DNA of 64,000 nucleotides. Origin: Leidyana gryllorum EB-2025a (Eukaryota > Protista > Apicomplexa). The stretch spans positions 62,001 through 126,000 of the forward strand of contig JBLWGC010000121.1 of the NCBI GenBank assembly GCA_048772705.1, read 5' to 3'. The notes below the pieces were generated by a model. The model did not search any database and had not been told where the DNA came from. It saw only the letters and a list, made by a program, of their open reading frames with translations. Position numbers and translations under genes: made by a program. Within the stretch, counting starts at the first letter, position 1; every line of letters starts with the position of its first letter. Below, in pieces: positions 24,159 to 36,242 of the stretch.

Positions 24159-27100
24159 TCATATACGTATTCCCAATCTCCATCGCCTTCTTCTATATTG
24201 GTCACCGGAACAGTGTTTGTTTATGTGCGATTCGCGTCTTATTCTGTACTTACCGTCTCCTCCGAACGTGTCAGGAGCTTCCTGCAGCGAGGGCTGTTCG
24301 TGCAGCGTTTCCACAACGACCTCTCGACGGCCAAAGTGGGGACGGTATTTGGCCCAATTCCTAATTAGGAGCAGAACAACATCTTTGATATGCTGAGAAT
24401 GGACAACAAATTGCACACGGATGGGCAGCAGCCATCGCATCACCTGAACGATTTTGAGGTTCCCGGGGTGACTTGGACGAACGAAAGCCCACGAAAATGC
24501 CCCCACTATATTGGTGGGGCTGAACTGTAAGGATGCAGGATGTGTCACGCAAAGGTCCAGTCTTTTCTGGAGACTCACTCCGTTCTGACTTTGAAAGTGC
24601 ATCGAAACCTCAAAGAAGTTCAGGACAAACTTGGCTGACTCTTTGTAGGGGTCGTCGAGCCGTTCCAGGATCTGCAGATCACTCGCGCAGTGTGGGGTCA
24701 AAAGATATGCTCACATGGGTCACAGTGTCCTCAGGGCGGTTACCCATTTGGACGGAGTTTTCGACTATCCTCGCAGCTTTGGGCCCCAGTAATGGACTCA
24801 GGGCGACTGACAGTGAGTGACTGCGAGGCCGGCGGGCAACTTACACAGCACAATGCGGAACACTGACATGAGAGCTCCGGCACAATGCGTCTCGCACAGC
24901 GGCTGTCCGGTCTGAATGTCGCCCGCGAAGGCATAGACCTCAGAAGCCGTGGCCTGGCGGCGGAGCAGATTGGCGGTTCTCAGCATTGCTAAGTGTGACG
25001 GTCGGTCGGTCGGTCGGTCGTTTTGGGTACTCACTGGGTCTCGACAATAGGAAGATGAGCTGACTAAGAGTTGAGGGTATCTAAGGGGGGCGGGGGAGGA
25101 GGTCAGTCTGGAGAGGGGGATGACGCACTTTGAGACAATCGCGAGTGGTATGGCCGATGAGGCCGGCCTGAGTCTCGAGGTTAGAGACCCAGAGGTTCTT
25201 GTAGTACTCTGGGGCGTCATCAAAGAGGATATGGAGTGACGGAGACGACTGGGGGAATATGTGACTCGTTCGGGCAGTGGATGCGATTCCTTCGAAGTGA
25301 TCTTTCATCTGTAGTTTGGAGGCCCAGAAATGTTTGGAAGCTTTGGACAATTGGAGCAATCCGCGTGCCGAGGTACCGCCTTTGATTATGATGAGTTGAG
25401 TGATCTGTTTACGATAGGAGGACGGCATCACCGAGAGTACTGCGAGTGTGTGGAATGGTTGTGATGAGTGTGTGTAATTAGCTCACAATTAGTTAGCAGA
25501 GTGAAACTATTGTCAGTCAATGGCAGAGTCCGATTGAAGAAAGCCACAACGGTGAAGGGGTATGGGTCTTTCTTCTTTTTGAGACTCCTTCCGGCAAAGA
25601 TTATACGGTGGGTTTGGACCACCATGAATTTGCTGCCAACAGGTCAAATCGCGGGCAGCCGACACTCACGCAATGGTCTCGAGCTCCTTGCTCGCAGCAC
25701 CGGCCGCATAGGCCAAGTTGAGACCCACCAATGGCTCATCCCGAGAATTGACACCTAAGAACAGCACCAAAGGGAGAAGATCCCATCTGAGGGAAGAGCC
25801 GATTGGGGGGGGGGGCACAAGAATCGCCGCCTACTCTTCGTAGTGGTGTTCTTGGAAGATTTCGGCTTCATAGAGTATATCTTCGTACCCGTCGGGGGTG
25901 TCGAGCAGAGTGGTCGCCTCCAAGTCGGAGTCATAAGCAGCCTCTCCCGCAGTAGCCATGGGTGCGTCCTGCACCTCTTCTGTATCAAATCAGATCGAGA
26001 ATATTGAGGAACCTGAGATACACTTTCACAGTGTCCTGTCCAATAGGGACCAGAGCTTTTCTGACTTTCTTGGCTCTCGCGAGACTGTCAAAGTTCGCGT
26101 GCACCTCTTTCATATTCTCCACCAACGGCTCCAGAAAGATGCTCTTCAGTTTGTGAAGTGTCATAAAGCTCTGTGCTAACTGCTCATAAACGGAGGGGTC
26201 ACTCCGCGGAAACTCCAACGGGGCGTCTTTGTCTTCTTTCAGTCGAATTATCAATGCAAAATCGTACTCTCCGGTCAACTCTCTCAGCGCGGCCAATCTC
26301 GTCATGCTGATACCCGCTTTCACTGCACTCGACGGAGCCGATGGGGGCGGCGTAACCGTCACCGGACCCGCCGTCGTCACCGAGGAACACTGCGATATCT
26401 TTTCACGAGGCGGTATCTCCTCGTGCGCCGGTGTCTCCTCACGAGGCGGTGTCTCCTCACGCAGAGGTATCCTCTCATCCGATGTCTTTGCACGCGGAAG
26501 TGTCGCCTCGTGCGATGCCCTCTCACTCGATACTTTCTTCTCATTCGATGTCGTCACCTCAGCCTTGGAGGGCTCTTCGATCTTCGAAGGGGTCACAGTC
26601 ACCTCAGATTTGGGGGGCTCTTCGGCCTGCACAAGTCTTCTCGGTCTGGGGCCCCGATGTGTGGCAAAGGGATCTCGTCCATCTCTATAGATCAGTTCGG
26701 GGCTCCACCGTTCTTGAACGACGTGGCCGCCTTTGGGCACTTCAGGTGATGCTGGCGCTTCGGTGTTGTCCTCTTTCGTTCGCTCTCGTTCGTTCGACGC
26801 TCGACTGACGTGGACACTGTCCTTCGAACTGAGTAAACGGGTGCTGGCATTGCCGCTCCTTTCCCTCTCTCTGTCTCGAGCCTTTGCCTCGGAGACAGAG
26901 GACTGAGACATGGACTGTTCTGGTCGCGACGCCGGAGGATCAAAAGTACGCGGCACCGGAGGTTTCTGGAGACGGCTCGGCCTCTCGGCAGGTGGACGGG
27001 GGTCACTGGGCCGAGTGACCATTAGGCGCTCTTTCACTGGAGGTGGAAGAGGCTCTCGTTTCTCGGGTTCCGAGAGGCCCGGACTCGCCCTAAGTTCGGT

Positions 27101-29152
27101 GCAGGGCTTTATGGTCTCATCCAGCAGCGAGGTGCTGTTGTCGACAGACGACTGCGTGAGACACTGGGCGTCGGCTTTGAGAGAGGTCCTTCTCGATGAG
27201 TTTATGGTTCTGGTGGCCGTCTCCTCGGCAAATCGTTGGGACTGAGACGCGGTCTCGGCTTGAGATTTGTTCCGCGGTGGCTCGGGAGCCGAAACTTCAA
27301 TAATTTCCTTCGGAGGCTCGCGTCTCGAGTTGTTTAACGCATCGTCGTCGTAGAGAGGACGCGTTCGGGTCGGTGGTTGGGCCGTAACCCGAGAACGACT
27401 CATCATTATCATCGACATCTCCGACGGAGTAATGGTGTTCTCGCTCTCAGCATTTGTGCTCCCAACTGGGGGACGGATCGCAGCGCTCAGAGCAGCTGCC
27501 TCAGCTGTGCCCGGCTCTGGGAGTCCGAGGCTTCTGCGTCTACCAGTCACCGCTCGAGCCCCGTTGGCGGGTGCAACACGGTCCGGTGGAGGCTCACTTA
27601 CACCAGACACCTGTTTGGCGGCGGTGGTCTGTGATTGCGAGACGGTGAGGGGAGCAGAAACTGGGGACGGGGGTGCAATGGAACGCTGAGATCCGAGTTG
27701 GGGGTTCGGCACAGGCGGAGTGGGGTCTCTCCGAGACTCCATCTGGTCGACGGGGACTTTCTCTGATCGAGGTGAGGTGTGATTGGATGTTGGAGCTGAC
27801 GCTGCAGAGCGTTCTTGGGGAAGCGGCTGTCTCACAGACAGAGTGGGGGAAATGATCGTCGAGACGTCCGTGGTGTCCTCCTCGACGTCTTTGGGGTCGT
27901 CACAATCTCTGGTGCCTGGCTTGTGAACTTCAACCCCGGGCACGGCAGCCGAACCCTGAGGGACTGAGGCGGGAGGCTTCACGAGGGAGGGAGGGCAGCT
28001 AGCGAGGGCAGGGTGGGTATGCAAAGAAACATCCTGTTTCCTCGAGACATTGGCAGTGGTCGGGGCTGAGAGAAGGGGACCGGGACGCTGGGAGAGGTGT
28101 TTGGGTCGGTGACTGTTGGCTGAGGGAGGTGCCGAGCGATACGAGGAGGAGGCGGCGGAGGGTAGGAGATGAACGGCCATGGCGTGTCGCATAGGGCCCA
28201 TAAGTGCGGGATGCGTGGCTGTAACTTGAGCTTGACTTTCAACCCCTCTGAGCCACGGCTCAGTCACATCGGAGGGGTCACTGGTGGAAGAAGCGCTGCT
28301 GGTGGCTGACGACGGTTCTGACGACGCGCTGCGAGCACCGTTTGCCGACGTTGCGGCTTGCTGCTGCGACACTTTGACAGTGGTGGCGGGACGCAGATTC
28401 TGGGGCAGGTGAGGCCGGAACCTGGTACGAGGTGGGGGAGCGGAGGCGGTGGGAGCGCTGCTGCTGGTGGCGGAAGCGGAAGTGGCACAGGCGGCCGTCG
28501 TGGGGGCCGAAGAAGCCGTCGGGGCCGAAGAAGCCGTCGGGGGGCCACTGCAATGGGCAGAGGCCGACGTGGTGGTGGTGGTGGCGGAATTGGAGGAGGG
28601 AGGGGGCGGTTGTCGGCCCCTCAGACTGAATTGGTCGGCCTCATTCGGTTTATAAACGGCAATACTCCGTTTGGTTGTGACCATGAGGGGGTCGATGATG
28701 AGATCCTGAGGAGTGGCGCGGACGAGAGGGGCCGCTGCTTGGGCCTGGGCCTGTGCCTGCGCTTGCGCGTGTAGGCGCATAGCTCGGATATTTACAGCTA
28801 AGGGTCGTCTTTGGAGAACGGATTCATTGAGCGGCGGAGGCGAGCCGACAGGATGCTGTAATGGCATCGGTTCGTGTTGTGGGATGAACTTATCGACCCA
28901 TTGGGATAGTTCAGGTTTGGGGGCATTGAGTTGTCTCCAGCCTGTTTCAGCCAGTGACTCTAATAAAGCGGGTGCTGTGTTTGACCACAGATTTTGGACG
29001 TGCTCACTGATAGCTGAGGTTGAGGTGAATATACTCGCGCCCGCCGAGCCGATAGAGGAGTCTTTGCCCAATAGATGGCCTAAGAAGCCGCTGTGATGGT
29101 TTTGATTTTGTCCATCCCGGTTTGGAAGCATACCTTCTTCCAGCATTGGCAT
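24159..29152 (-). CDS. Large disordered protein with C-terminal BCH (Sec14-like) + RhoGAP-like domains (ARHGAP1/p50RhoGAP architecture), multi-exon
   Basis: The 1066-aa low-complexity ORF continues through short GT-AG introns. It enters a BCH-like region (LFLGVNSRDEPLV..PFTVVAFFN..LLSVMPSSYRKQITQLIIIK). A RhoGAP-like region follows (LRTANLLRRQA..ALMSVFR..SPLL..FVLNFF..QNGFSPTNIVGAFSWAFVRP..VVLLLIRNW). Confidence 0.65.
26400..26470 (-). repeat. 18-nt coding tandem repeat (EETPPR-like x4)
   Basis: Translation ERIPLREETPPREETPAHEEIPPREK; repeated ggtgtctcctcacg units. Confidence 0.75.
28490..28546 (-). repeat. 18-nt coding tandem repeat (PTASSA x2-3)
   Basis: gccgtcggggccgaagaa units; translation PPTASSAPTASSAPTTAA. 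Confidence 0.75.
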
Positions 29153-29416
29153 TATTATGGTGTTGTTGAGTGTGTAGACGAGCAATTTGAGCTTTGAGAT
29201 GCATATTACGATTCATAAGTTCGGCTTTCCGATCTGTGAGCTGTATACATTCCTGCTCGGCAGCTGCCGGACTGAGCTGTTGAATAAGCGGCTCATTGGA
29301 GTCAGTTACCCTTAATCTGTTGCTGCAAACTGGACATCATAACGTGTTGTCTTGAATGCTGGTTTCTAATTTTTTTGACCTTTTCAGGCCGAATTGACGA
29401 ACGACTCAATCACAAG

Positions 29417-31939
29417 ATGGTGAACTTTACCGTTGAAGAGATGCGCGAGATTATGGGTCGCCCCCATAACATCCGCAACATGTCCGTCATTGCTCACGTC
29501 GACCACGGCAAATCCACCTTGACTGATTCGCTCGTCTCCAAGGCCGGAATCATCTCCGCCAAAGCGGCTGGTGATGCTCGTTTCACTGACACTCGTCAAG
29601 ATGAACAAGACAGGTGCATTACCATCAAGTCCACTGGTATCTCCATGTACTTCGAGCACGAACTCGACGAGGCCAAGGGAAAAGAGCCTTTCCTCATCAA
29701 CCTTATCGACTCCCCCGGTCACGTTGACTTCTCCTCTGAGGTCACCGCCGCCCTCCGTGTCACCGACGGCGCTTTGGTCGTCGTCGATGCCGTCGAAGGT
29801 GTCTGTGTCCAGACCGAGACTGTCCTCCGTCAGTCTTTGGCCGAGCGTGTCCGTCCCGTTCTCCACATGAACAAAATCGACCGTTGTCTCCTCGAATTGA
29901 AACAGGACCCCGAGGCTATGTACGAGACTTTCCGTACCAACATTGAGAATGTCAATGTCATCATCGCCACTTATCAAGATCAGAACTCTGACTTTGATGC
30001 CCAGGTTGCCGCCGAGAAGGGTACCATCTCTTTCGGTAGCGGCCTCCACGGCTGGGCCTTCACCATCGAAGGTTTCGCCAAGATGTACGCCAAGAAATTC
30101 GGCGTCCCCGTCCAGAAGATGATGAACCGTCTCTGGGGCGACAACTTCTACAACCCCAACAAGAAGACCTGGACCAAATCCAAGGACTCCGAGGATCCCG
30201 ATAGCTGCCGTGGTTTCTGCCACTTCATCCTCAAACCCATCTACAACCTCTTCGACTGCGCCATGACCTCTGACAACGCCGTCTCCAAGGCCAAGCTCGA
30301 CAAGATGCTCGTCACCCTCGGCGTCGAGCTCAAGGGTGAGGACAAGGACCTCATGGGCAAACCCCTCCTCAAGCGTATCATGCAGCTCTGGCTCCCCGCT
30401 GGTGACACTCTCCTCTCTATGATTGTCACTCACCTCCCCTCCCCCGTCGCTGCCCAAAAGTACCGTGTCAGCACTCTCTACTCTGGCCCCATGGACGACG
30501 AGGCCGCCAACGCCATCCGCGCCTGTGACCCCAACGGACCTCTCATGATGTACGTCTCGAAAATGGTTCCCACCAACGACAAGGGTCGTTTCTACGCTTT
30601 CGGTCGTGTCTTCTCTGGCACCATCGCTACTGGCCAGAAGGTCCGTATCCTCGGCCCCAGCTACCAGCCCGGTGGCAAGGAGGACCTCCACATCAAGAAC
30701 ATCCAGAGAACTGTTCTTATGATGGGAAGAAACGTCGAACAGGTCCAGGATGTCCCCTGTGGTAACACCGTCGCCCTTGTCGGTGTCGATCAGTTCATCC
30801 TCAAGTCCGGTACTCTTACCACTTGCGAGAGCGCTCACACTTTCAACGATATGAAGTACTCTGTGTCTCCTGTCGTCCGTGTCGCTGTCAGCCCCAAGGA
30901 CCACAAGGAGCTCCCCAAGCTCGTCGAGGGTCTCAAACGTCTCTCCAAGTCCGATCCTCTGGTCGTCTGCTCCTCCGAGGAGAACGGACAGCACATCGTC
31001 GCTGGTTGCGGTGAACTCCACGTTGAAATCTGTCTCAAGGATCTCAAGGAAGAGTTCGCTCAGATTGACATCATTGTCTCCGAGCCCGTCGTGTCCTACA
31101 AGGAGACTATCACCCAGGCCTCCCCCGAGCCCGGTATGTCTAAGTCTCAGAACAAGCACAACCGTCTCTACATCACTGGTGAACCCTTGGATGAAGGTCT
31201 AGTCAACGATATTGAGAACGGCAAGGTCACCAACAGGGATGACGTCAAAGAACGTGCCAACATCCTCTGTGATAACTACGGCTGGGAGAAACAGCACGCC
31301 TTCAAGATCTGGTGTTTCGGTCCCGACACCACTGGCGCCAACATGTTTGTTGATGTCACCGCCGGTCTCCAATACGTCAGCGAAATCAAGGATCACTGCA
31401 ACTCCGCCTTCCAGTGGGCTACTCGTGAGGGTGCCCTCTGTGAGGAGAACATGCGTGGTGCTCGCTTCAACTTGGTCGACTGTACCCTCCACACTGATGC
31501 CATCCATCGTGGTGCTGGTCAGATCTTGCCCACTTGCCGCAAGGGTGTCCTCGGTGTCTCCCTCATGTGCGAGCCCCGCCTTGTTGAGCCCATTTTCCTT
31601 GTCCAGATCACTGTGCCCGAAGACAACATGTCTGGTGTGTACGCTGTCCTCAACAAGAGACGTGGTGTCGTCATCGCCGATGAGATCCGTCTTGGAACTC
31701 CCCTCCACGACATGCGCGCCCATCTTCCCGTCTCTGAGTCCTTCGGTTTCACCTCCATGCTCCGTGAGAAGACTCAGGGCAAAGCCTTCCCTCAGTGTGT
31801 CTTCGATCACTGGGCCGTCCTCACTGGCAGTCCCTTCGAAGCCGACTCCAAGCATCGTGAGACTGTGCTCGAAATCCGTAAGCGCAAGGGTCTCAACGAG
31901 CTCTTCGAGAAGACCGACCAATATCTTGACAAGCTCTAA
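29417..31939 (+). CDS. EEF2: Translation elongation factor 2
   Basis: [26 protein letters not shown]; [17 protein letters not shown]; diphthamide loop [13 protein letters not shown]; [12 protein letters not shown]. Intronless CDS with strong C/T-ending codon bias. Confidence 0.99.
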   Translation: MVNFTVEEMREIMGRPHNIRNMSVIAHVDHGKSTLTDSLVSKAGIISAKAAGDARFTDTRQDEQDRCITIKSTGISMYFEHELDEAKGKEPFLINLIDSPGHVDFSSEVTAALRVTDGALVVVDAVEGVCVQTETVLRQSLAERVRPVLHMNKIDRCLLELKQDPEAMYETFRTNIENVNVIIATYQDQNSDFDAQVAAEKGTISFGSGLHGWAFTIEGFAKMYAKKFGVPVQKMMNRLWGDNFYNPNKKTWTKSKDSEDPDSCRGFCHFILKPIYNLFDCAMTSDNAVSKAKLDKMLVTLGVELKGEDKDLMGKPLLKRIMQLWLPAGDTLLSMIVTHLPSPVAAQKYRVSTLYSGPMDDEAANAIRACDPNGPLMMYVSKMVPTNDKGRFYAFGRVFSGTIATGQKVRILGPSYQPGGKEDLHIKNIQRTVLMMGRNVEQVQDVPCGNTVALVGVDQFILKSGTLTTCESAHTFNDMKYSVSPVVRVAVSPKDHKELPKLVEGLKRLSKSDPLVVCSSEENGQHIVAGCGELHVEICLKDLKEEFAQIDIIVSEPVVSYKETITQASPEPGMSKSQNKHNRLYITGEPLDEGLVNDIENGKVTNRDDVKERANILCDNYGWEKQHAFKIWCFGPDTTGANMFVDVTAGLQYVSEIKDHCNSAFQWATREGALCEENMRGARFNLVDCTLHTDAIHRGAGQILPTCRKGVLGVSLMCEPRLVEPIFLVQITVPEDNMSGVYAVLNKRRGVVIADEIRLGTPLHDMRAHLPVSESFGFTSMLREKTQGKAFPQCVFDHWAVLTGSPFEADSKHRETVLEIRKRKGLNELFEKTDQYLDKL

Positions 31940-32608
31940 ACAGCTTCTCGTAGCAACCAGTGTCCTCGTAGCACTTAGTATTGTGAAGTGTCAGATTCGA
32001 AACCGAATTCACCAAAAACTTGATACTTCACAATTTAAACACCAAATCTCGCCGCCGTAATGCAGCCGCTGATTATACGACCAGCAACGCATCCCTTAAC
32101 ATTCGATCGGCACCACACACGTGTTTGCGTCTCTTGGCAGCCATGCCCTAATAAGCAGTTAGACATCCTTGAGTGGGATATGGCCACGGTGCTTCCCATC
32201 AGAGAGCAGATGACACTCGTCAGATCAGCCCACAACACATTTTGAAAGAACATTCCTCGTACCAGCGGCACATCACACTCATAACTCACTGCTACAACGG
32301 CGCAGTCACCAGTCGCAGTCACCAGTTAATCCACAGCAAGCAAGATGATAGATCCGGTGTGGATAATAGTGGGTAGGGTGGTCCATCGGTCGGTCGGTCG
32401 GTCGGTGAGCAATATTGGTGAAACTTTTGGTCCGCACACACCAGGGATCCGATATGTGTGCGGGGACGGATGCTTGGGTCGCACACAGAATGGATGGGAT
32501 TGTATGTGTATATAATCTTGTCAGTTCTGGATCTTTTAGTCTTGAACTCTCCTCTCCTAGGCTGCGCGTGCGAAGCTGAATCTTTTCGTGACCCCTTTGG
32601 ATATTAAT

Positions 32609-33738
32609 ATGGTAATGATTTGTTTGTGTGGTGCGGTGTCTAATCTGTAATGTGTTTGATATTTCAGCCGGCCAACTTCTCCCAGGAAATTTCGAAGGAA
32701 TTGTCTGAGACTGCTCGCGCGATCGCTACGCGTGGGAAAGGAATTTTGGCGGCGGACGAGTCTACTGGGACCATTAAGAAGCGATTTGATGGCATAAATG
32801 TTGAGAACACAGAATCGAATCGAGCGGCGTACCGTAAATTGTTGTTCACGACAAAGGGTTTGGGCGAGTACATATCTGGCGCGATTCTGTTCGAGGAGAC
32901 TCTGTTCCAGAAGGTGGGCGAGGAGAGTCAAGTTGATTTCTTGAAGGCAAACGGCATCATTCCGGGGATTAAGGTCGACAAGGGGTTGGTCGGCTTGCCA
33001 GGCACCGATAACGAGAAGTCCACACAGGGACTAGACGGATTGGCGGAGCGCTGTCAGAAATACTACGAGGCGGGCGCACGTTTTGCCAAGTGGAGGGCCG
33101 TATTGGAGATTGACGAGGCGAAGAACAAACCTTCTGCTCTCTCCATTCAAGAAACCGCTCACTCATTGGCTCGTTATGCGGCAATCTGTCAGCAGAACAA
33201 GTTGGTTCCAATAGTGGAGCCGGAGATCCTGACTGACGGTTCTCACTCCATACAGCACTGCGCTGAAGTATCTGAGAAGGTATTGAGTGCTGTTTTCAAG
33301 GCCCTGAACGACCACCATGTGCTGCTGGAGGGTGCTCTCCTGAAGCCGAACATGGTGACGCCGGGTGCCCAACACGAGAAGAAGGCGACTCCGGAGGAAG
33401 TCGCGTTTTATACTGTGCGCACCCTCCGTCGTACAGTGCCTCCTTCTCTCGTGGGAGTGTGCTTCTTGTCGGGAGGACAAACTGAGGAAGAAGCGTCACT
33501 CAACTTGAACGCTATGAACGCCATGGAGCAGCAGCATCCGTGGGTTCTGACTTTTTCCTATGGACGGGCCCTACAAGCGTCCGTTCTGGCTGCTTGGAAG
33601 GGGGACAGCAACAACTTCGCCGCTGGCCAGGAGGCCCTCACCAACCGCGCCAAGGCTAATTCCGAGGCTCAACTCGGCAAATACAAAGGCGGCGTTGCGT
33701 CTGCTGGAAACCTCTACGAGAAGGGCTACGTCTATTGA
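32609..33738 (+). CDS. FBA: Class I fructose-bisphosphate aldolase (first exon is the ATG only)
   Basis: [14 protein letters not shown]; GIKVDKG; RFAKWRAVL; VPIVEPEIL; LLKPNMV; FSYGRALQ; C-terminal [11 protein letters not shown] at 32609-32611, then intron 32612-32667. Confidence 0.98.
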
Positions 33739-34126
33739 TTTACTCTCTCAAAAGCAATTAATTATTCCATTGTGACACATACGCTGTCTCTATGTGATCG
33801 ATCGATCAGTAGGTATCCTACGCACGGTCCACCATCAGAGGAGCGGCGGCCACTGTTCTGAATGTTTCGAAAAGTTAAGAATTCCTTTCACGGTCACGCC
33901 CCCGTAAAGGAAGAGAAGTGATTTTATAGTGAGATTCTGTCCCGTATCCGCAAGAGAGATTCATACACCAATTTTAGAATGAGCCCAAATCCTAGCGTTG
34001 AATCTCTGCATCCTGTCAAGCCATCCGCTCATTGAAATGAACTCTAACTAACTGACACCCCCCCGAACGACTAATCGGCATTGAGAGAAAAACTTATTCA
34101 AACCATAGCTAGCACCACCCCCCAAC

Positions 34127-34636
34127 ATGGCCGACATGGAGGATGACTACGACTTGGGCGCTGACGACGACGTCTTCAATGAAAACGAAGAAGATGACTT
34201 GGGCGAAGCAGAAGAACTCTCAAACAATGAAGACGATGAGAATCGCGAATGTGGAATGCCCGATCCTCACCGCCCCCTATCCAAACCCGTGTGAGCCGAG
34301 CCACCCCGACCCCCACACCCAAACACACACACCCTCACTCTCACAGCGAGGGCCCGAGACGCACGTCGCCCTACATAACCAAGTTTGAACGGGCCAGAGT
34401 CATTGGCACCCGCGCTCTCCAAATAAGGTAGGTGCCGGCAGAGTTACTGGCTGCGAACCCCGGCTTCTGCACGCAGTTTGGGCGCACCGGTGACGGTTCC
34501 ATGCGAGGGAGAGTCGGATCCAATTATCCTCGCCGAAAAGGAACTGGCGGCTAAGACTCTGCCCTTCATTGTGAGGCGGTATCTACCGAATGGTGAATAC
34601 GAAGACTGGCCTATTGATGATCTCATTGCCGAGTGA
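34127..34636 (+). CDS. RPB6: RNA polymerases I/II/III common subunit RPB6
   Basis: Acidic N-terminus; RRTSPYITKFERARVIGTRALQI; PIILAEKEL..LPFIVRRYLPNGEYEDW. Two introns. Confidence 0.96.
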
Positions 34637-34653
34637 TATTACCCATTTGAACT

Positions 34654-34667
34654 ACGTCAATTGACGT
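34654..34667. promoter_or_regulatory. Perfect 14-bp palindrome ACGTCAATTGACGT between RPB6 and the RT-derived gene
   Basis: The sequence is its own reverse complement. Any regulatory role is inference only. Confidence 0.3.
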
Positions 34668-34846
34668 CCCGATGGTCTACCGGGATGATGGATTCCGTTC
34701 GGCCACCATTTTGGGCTCTTGGCCCTCCCGCGAAATTATAGATAAGATACCAATTTGAAAGGCGCAGGTGGACTGCTGGATGCGTGTTTGGCTGGAAATG
34801 ACAGGCTGCAGGGTGGGGTGACTGATTTGTGAGGGAAAACCACAAA

Positions 34847-36223
34847 ATGTCCCGACTGCGTGTTCAACTGGGATCAGGCGAGGAGACCACACTCGTGTGT
34901 TTGTCGCCTGGGAGTGATGCCGATCTTATTTCTATCAAAGGTCTTTCTGCAGCCGGTGTGGCTGAAGCGGATCTGAAACCAGCCACACACTCATTGGCTG
35001 ATGGCCGATCAGTTCCCATAGAATGTGTCGGAATCGCTTGCGTTAAAGTCAGAGTTAATCGAATCAGCAAGAAACACAAATTCTATGTGGTAAGAGACAT
35101 GCGATACGATTTGGTGCTGGGCCGTCCTGGTATGGAGAATTTTCAAATCGCCCTCACACAGCCCCAACGCCAAATGATGAGTCCCTTGTGTACCCTGGCA
35201 CCCTTACTGCCTAAAGGCTGCACTGAAGCAGCCAGCATTACTGCCTTTTTGAACAACAACGCACGCTTTTGGTCTGGACCACAGACGCAGACCGGAGTGA
35301 TCGAGTCTCGGATCGTTACTTTCCGTACAAAACCAATTTCTATGGCTTGGATTCCTTGGCCTGAACCGCAGGCTACCAGGTTGCGCAAATTGCTCGATCA
35401 GCTCATCAATGAGGGGATAGTTGAAGAGTCCAATAGTTCATGGGCAGCACGGGTCATCACTGACGCTGCCATAGACGAGAATAATGTCATGTTCTTAGTC
35501 AATTTTAGTGCTTTGAATCGCAAGATTCAACGTCTGGTGCCGTGGGCACAGCCTGAACGACCCGGCTGGGATGTCTTCTATGAATCCAAATACTTTTCAA
35601 CGTTCCGTATCAAGAATCCCTACTATAGCATCCCCCTCGAAGCGAATAGCAGGGAGAAGACTGCATTCCTCACGCCGTACGGAAGGTATCACTTCACAGT
35701 ACTGCCTATCGGTTTGGTCAAAGCCGACGGTTGCTTTCAAATCCTCATGGATTCCATTCTCAACCACTGCCGATACCGCACCGTTAGAGAATACCGAGGC
35801 ACCATCTTAGTCGGAGGCCGCACAGCTGCCGAATGCAGCCACGGCACGCTCGTAGTCCTCCGCACACTGAAACTCGCCGGCCTCCAGATCGATCGTTCAT
35901 CACTGCAATGCCTCAAAACCGAAATAGACTTCATGGGATACAGAGTGTCAGACGGGTATGCCTACATCCCGGGAGAAATTGAGAACAAGGTGCTCAACAG
36001 CTCCACTCCCGAAAACAAGACAGACCTTCAAAACTTCCTCTCCCTTCTCACGCCTTATGCCAACTTTATCGAGGATTGGGATGTCCTCACTCGAGACCTC
36101 GCGCTGCAAACAAGCATGGGCATCGAGCAATATGTCTGGGGCAAGAAACAGCAGGTTGCCTTCGATTCTCTCAAACGTTCGCTTGCGTGTAGACCGTCCA
36201 TTCCGCTAAGTTCGTGCGTATGA
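34847..36223 (+). CDS. Ty3/gypsy pol-derived protein (aspartic protease-like + reverse transcriptase-like), catalytically inactive; probable domesticated gene
   Basis: Protease fold: LADG...G...FYVV..YDLVLGRP, with DS/TG replaced by SPG. RT fold: LINEGIVEESNSSWAA, FSALN, REKTAFLTPYGRYHFTVLPIGL, FQILMDSIL, EIDFMGY, LQNFL..Y.NFI, W...QQVAFDSLKRSL. YxDD is replaced by YRGT and the motif-A Asp by Arg. 458 codons with no stops, frameshifts or introns. Confidence 0.88.
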   Translation: MSRLRVQLGSGEETTLVCLSPGSDADLISIKGLSAAGVAEADLKPATHSLADGRSVPIECVGIACVKVRVNRISKKHKFYVVRDMRYDLVLGRPGMENFQIALTQPQRQMMSPLCTLAPLLPKGCTEAASITAFLNNNARFWSGPQTQTGVIESRIVTFRTKPISMAWIPWPEPQATRLRKLLDQLINEGIVEESNSSWAARVITDAAIDENNVMFLVNFSALNRKIQRLVPWAQPERPGWDVFYESKYFSTFRIKNPYYSIPLEANSREKTAFLTPYGRYHFTVLPIGLVKADGCFQILMDSILNHCRYRTVREYRGTILVGGRTAAECSHGTLVVLRTLKLAGLQIDRSSLQCLKTEIDFMGYRVSDGYAYIPGEIENKVLNSSTPENKTDLQNFLSLLTPYANFIEDWDVLTRDLALQTSMGIEQYVWGKKQQVAFDSLKRSLACRPSIPLSSCV

Positions 36224-36242
36224 TCCAAGTTTCGATTTTTCG

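Noticed and set aside
29384-31921. Long antisense ORFs (591 aa and 240 aa) opposite eEF2
   Set aside because: Expected shadow of strong C/T-ending codon bias (few TTA/CTA/TCA codons); no recognisable protein features.
31940-32400. Box C/D snoRNA or small CDS between eEF2 and aldolase
   Set aside because: Only partial C/D-like boxes, with no convincing terminal stem or rRNA guide. The 95-aa minus ORF lacks an ATG start and recognisable motifs.
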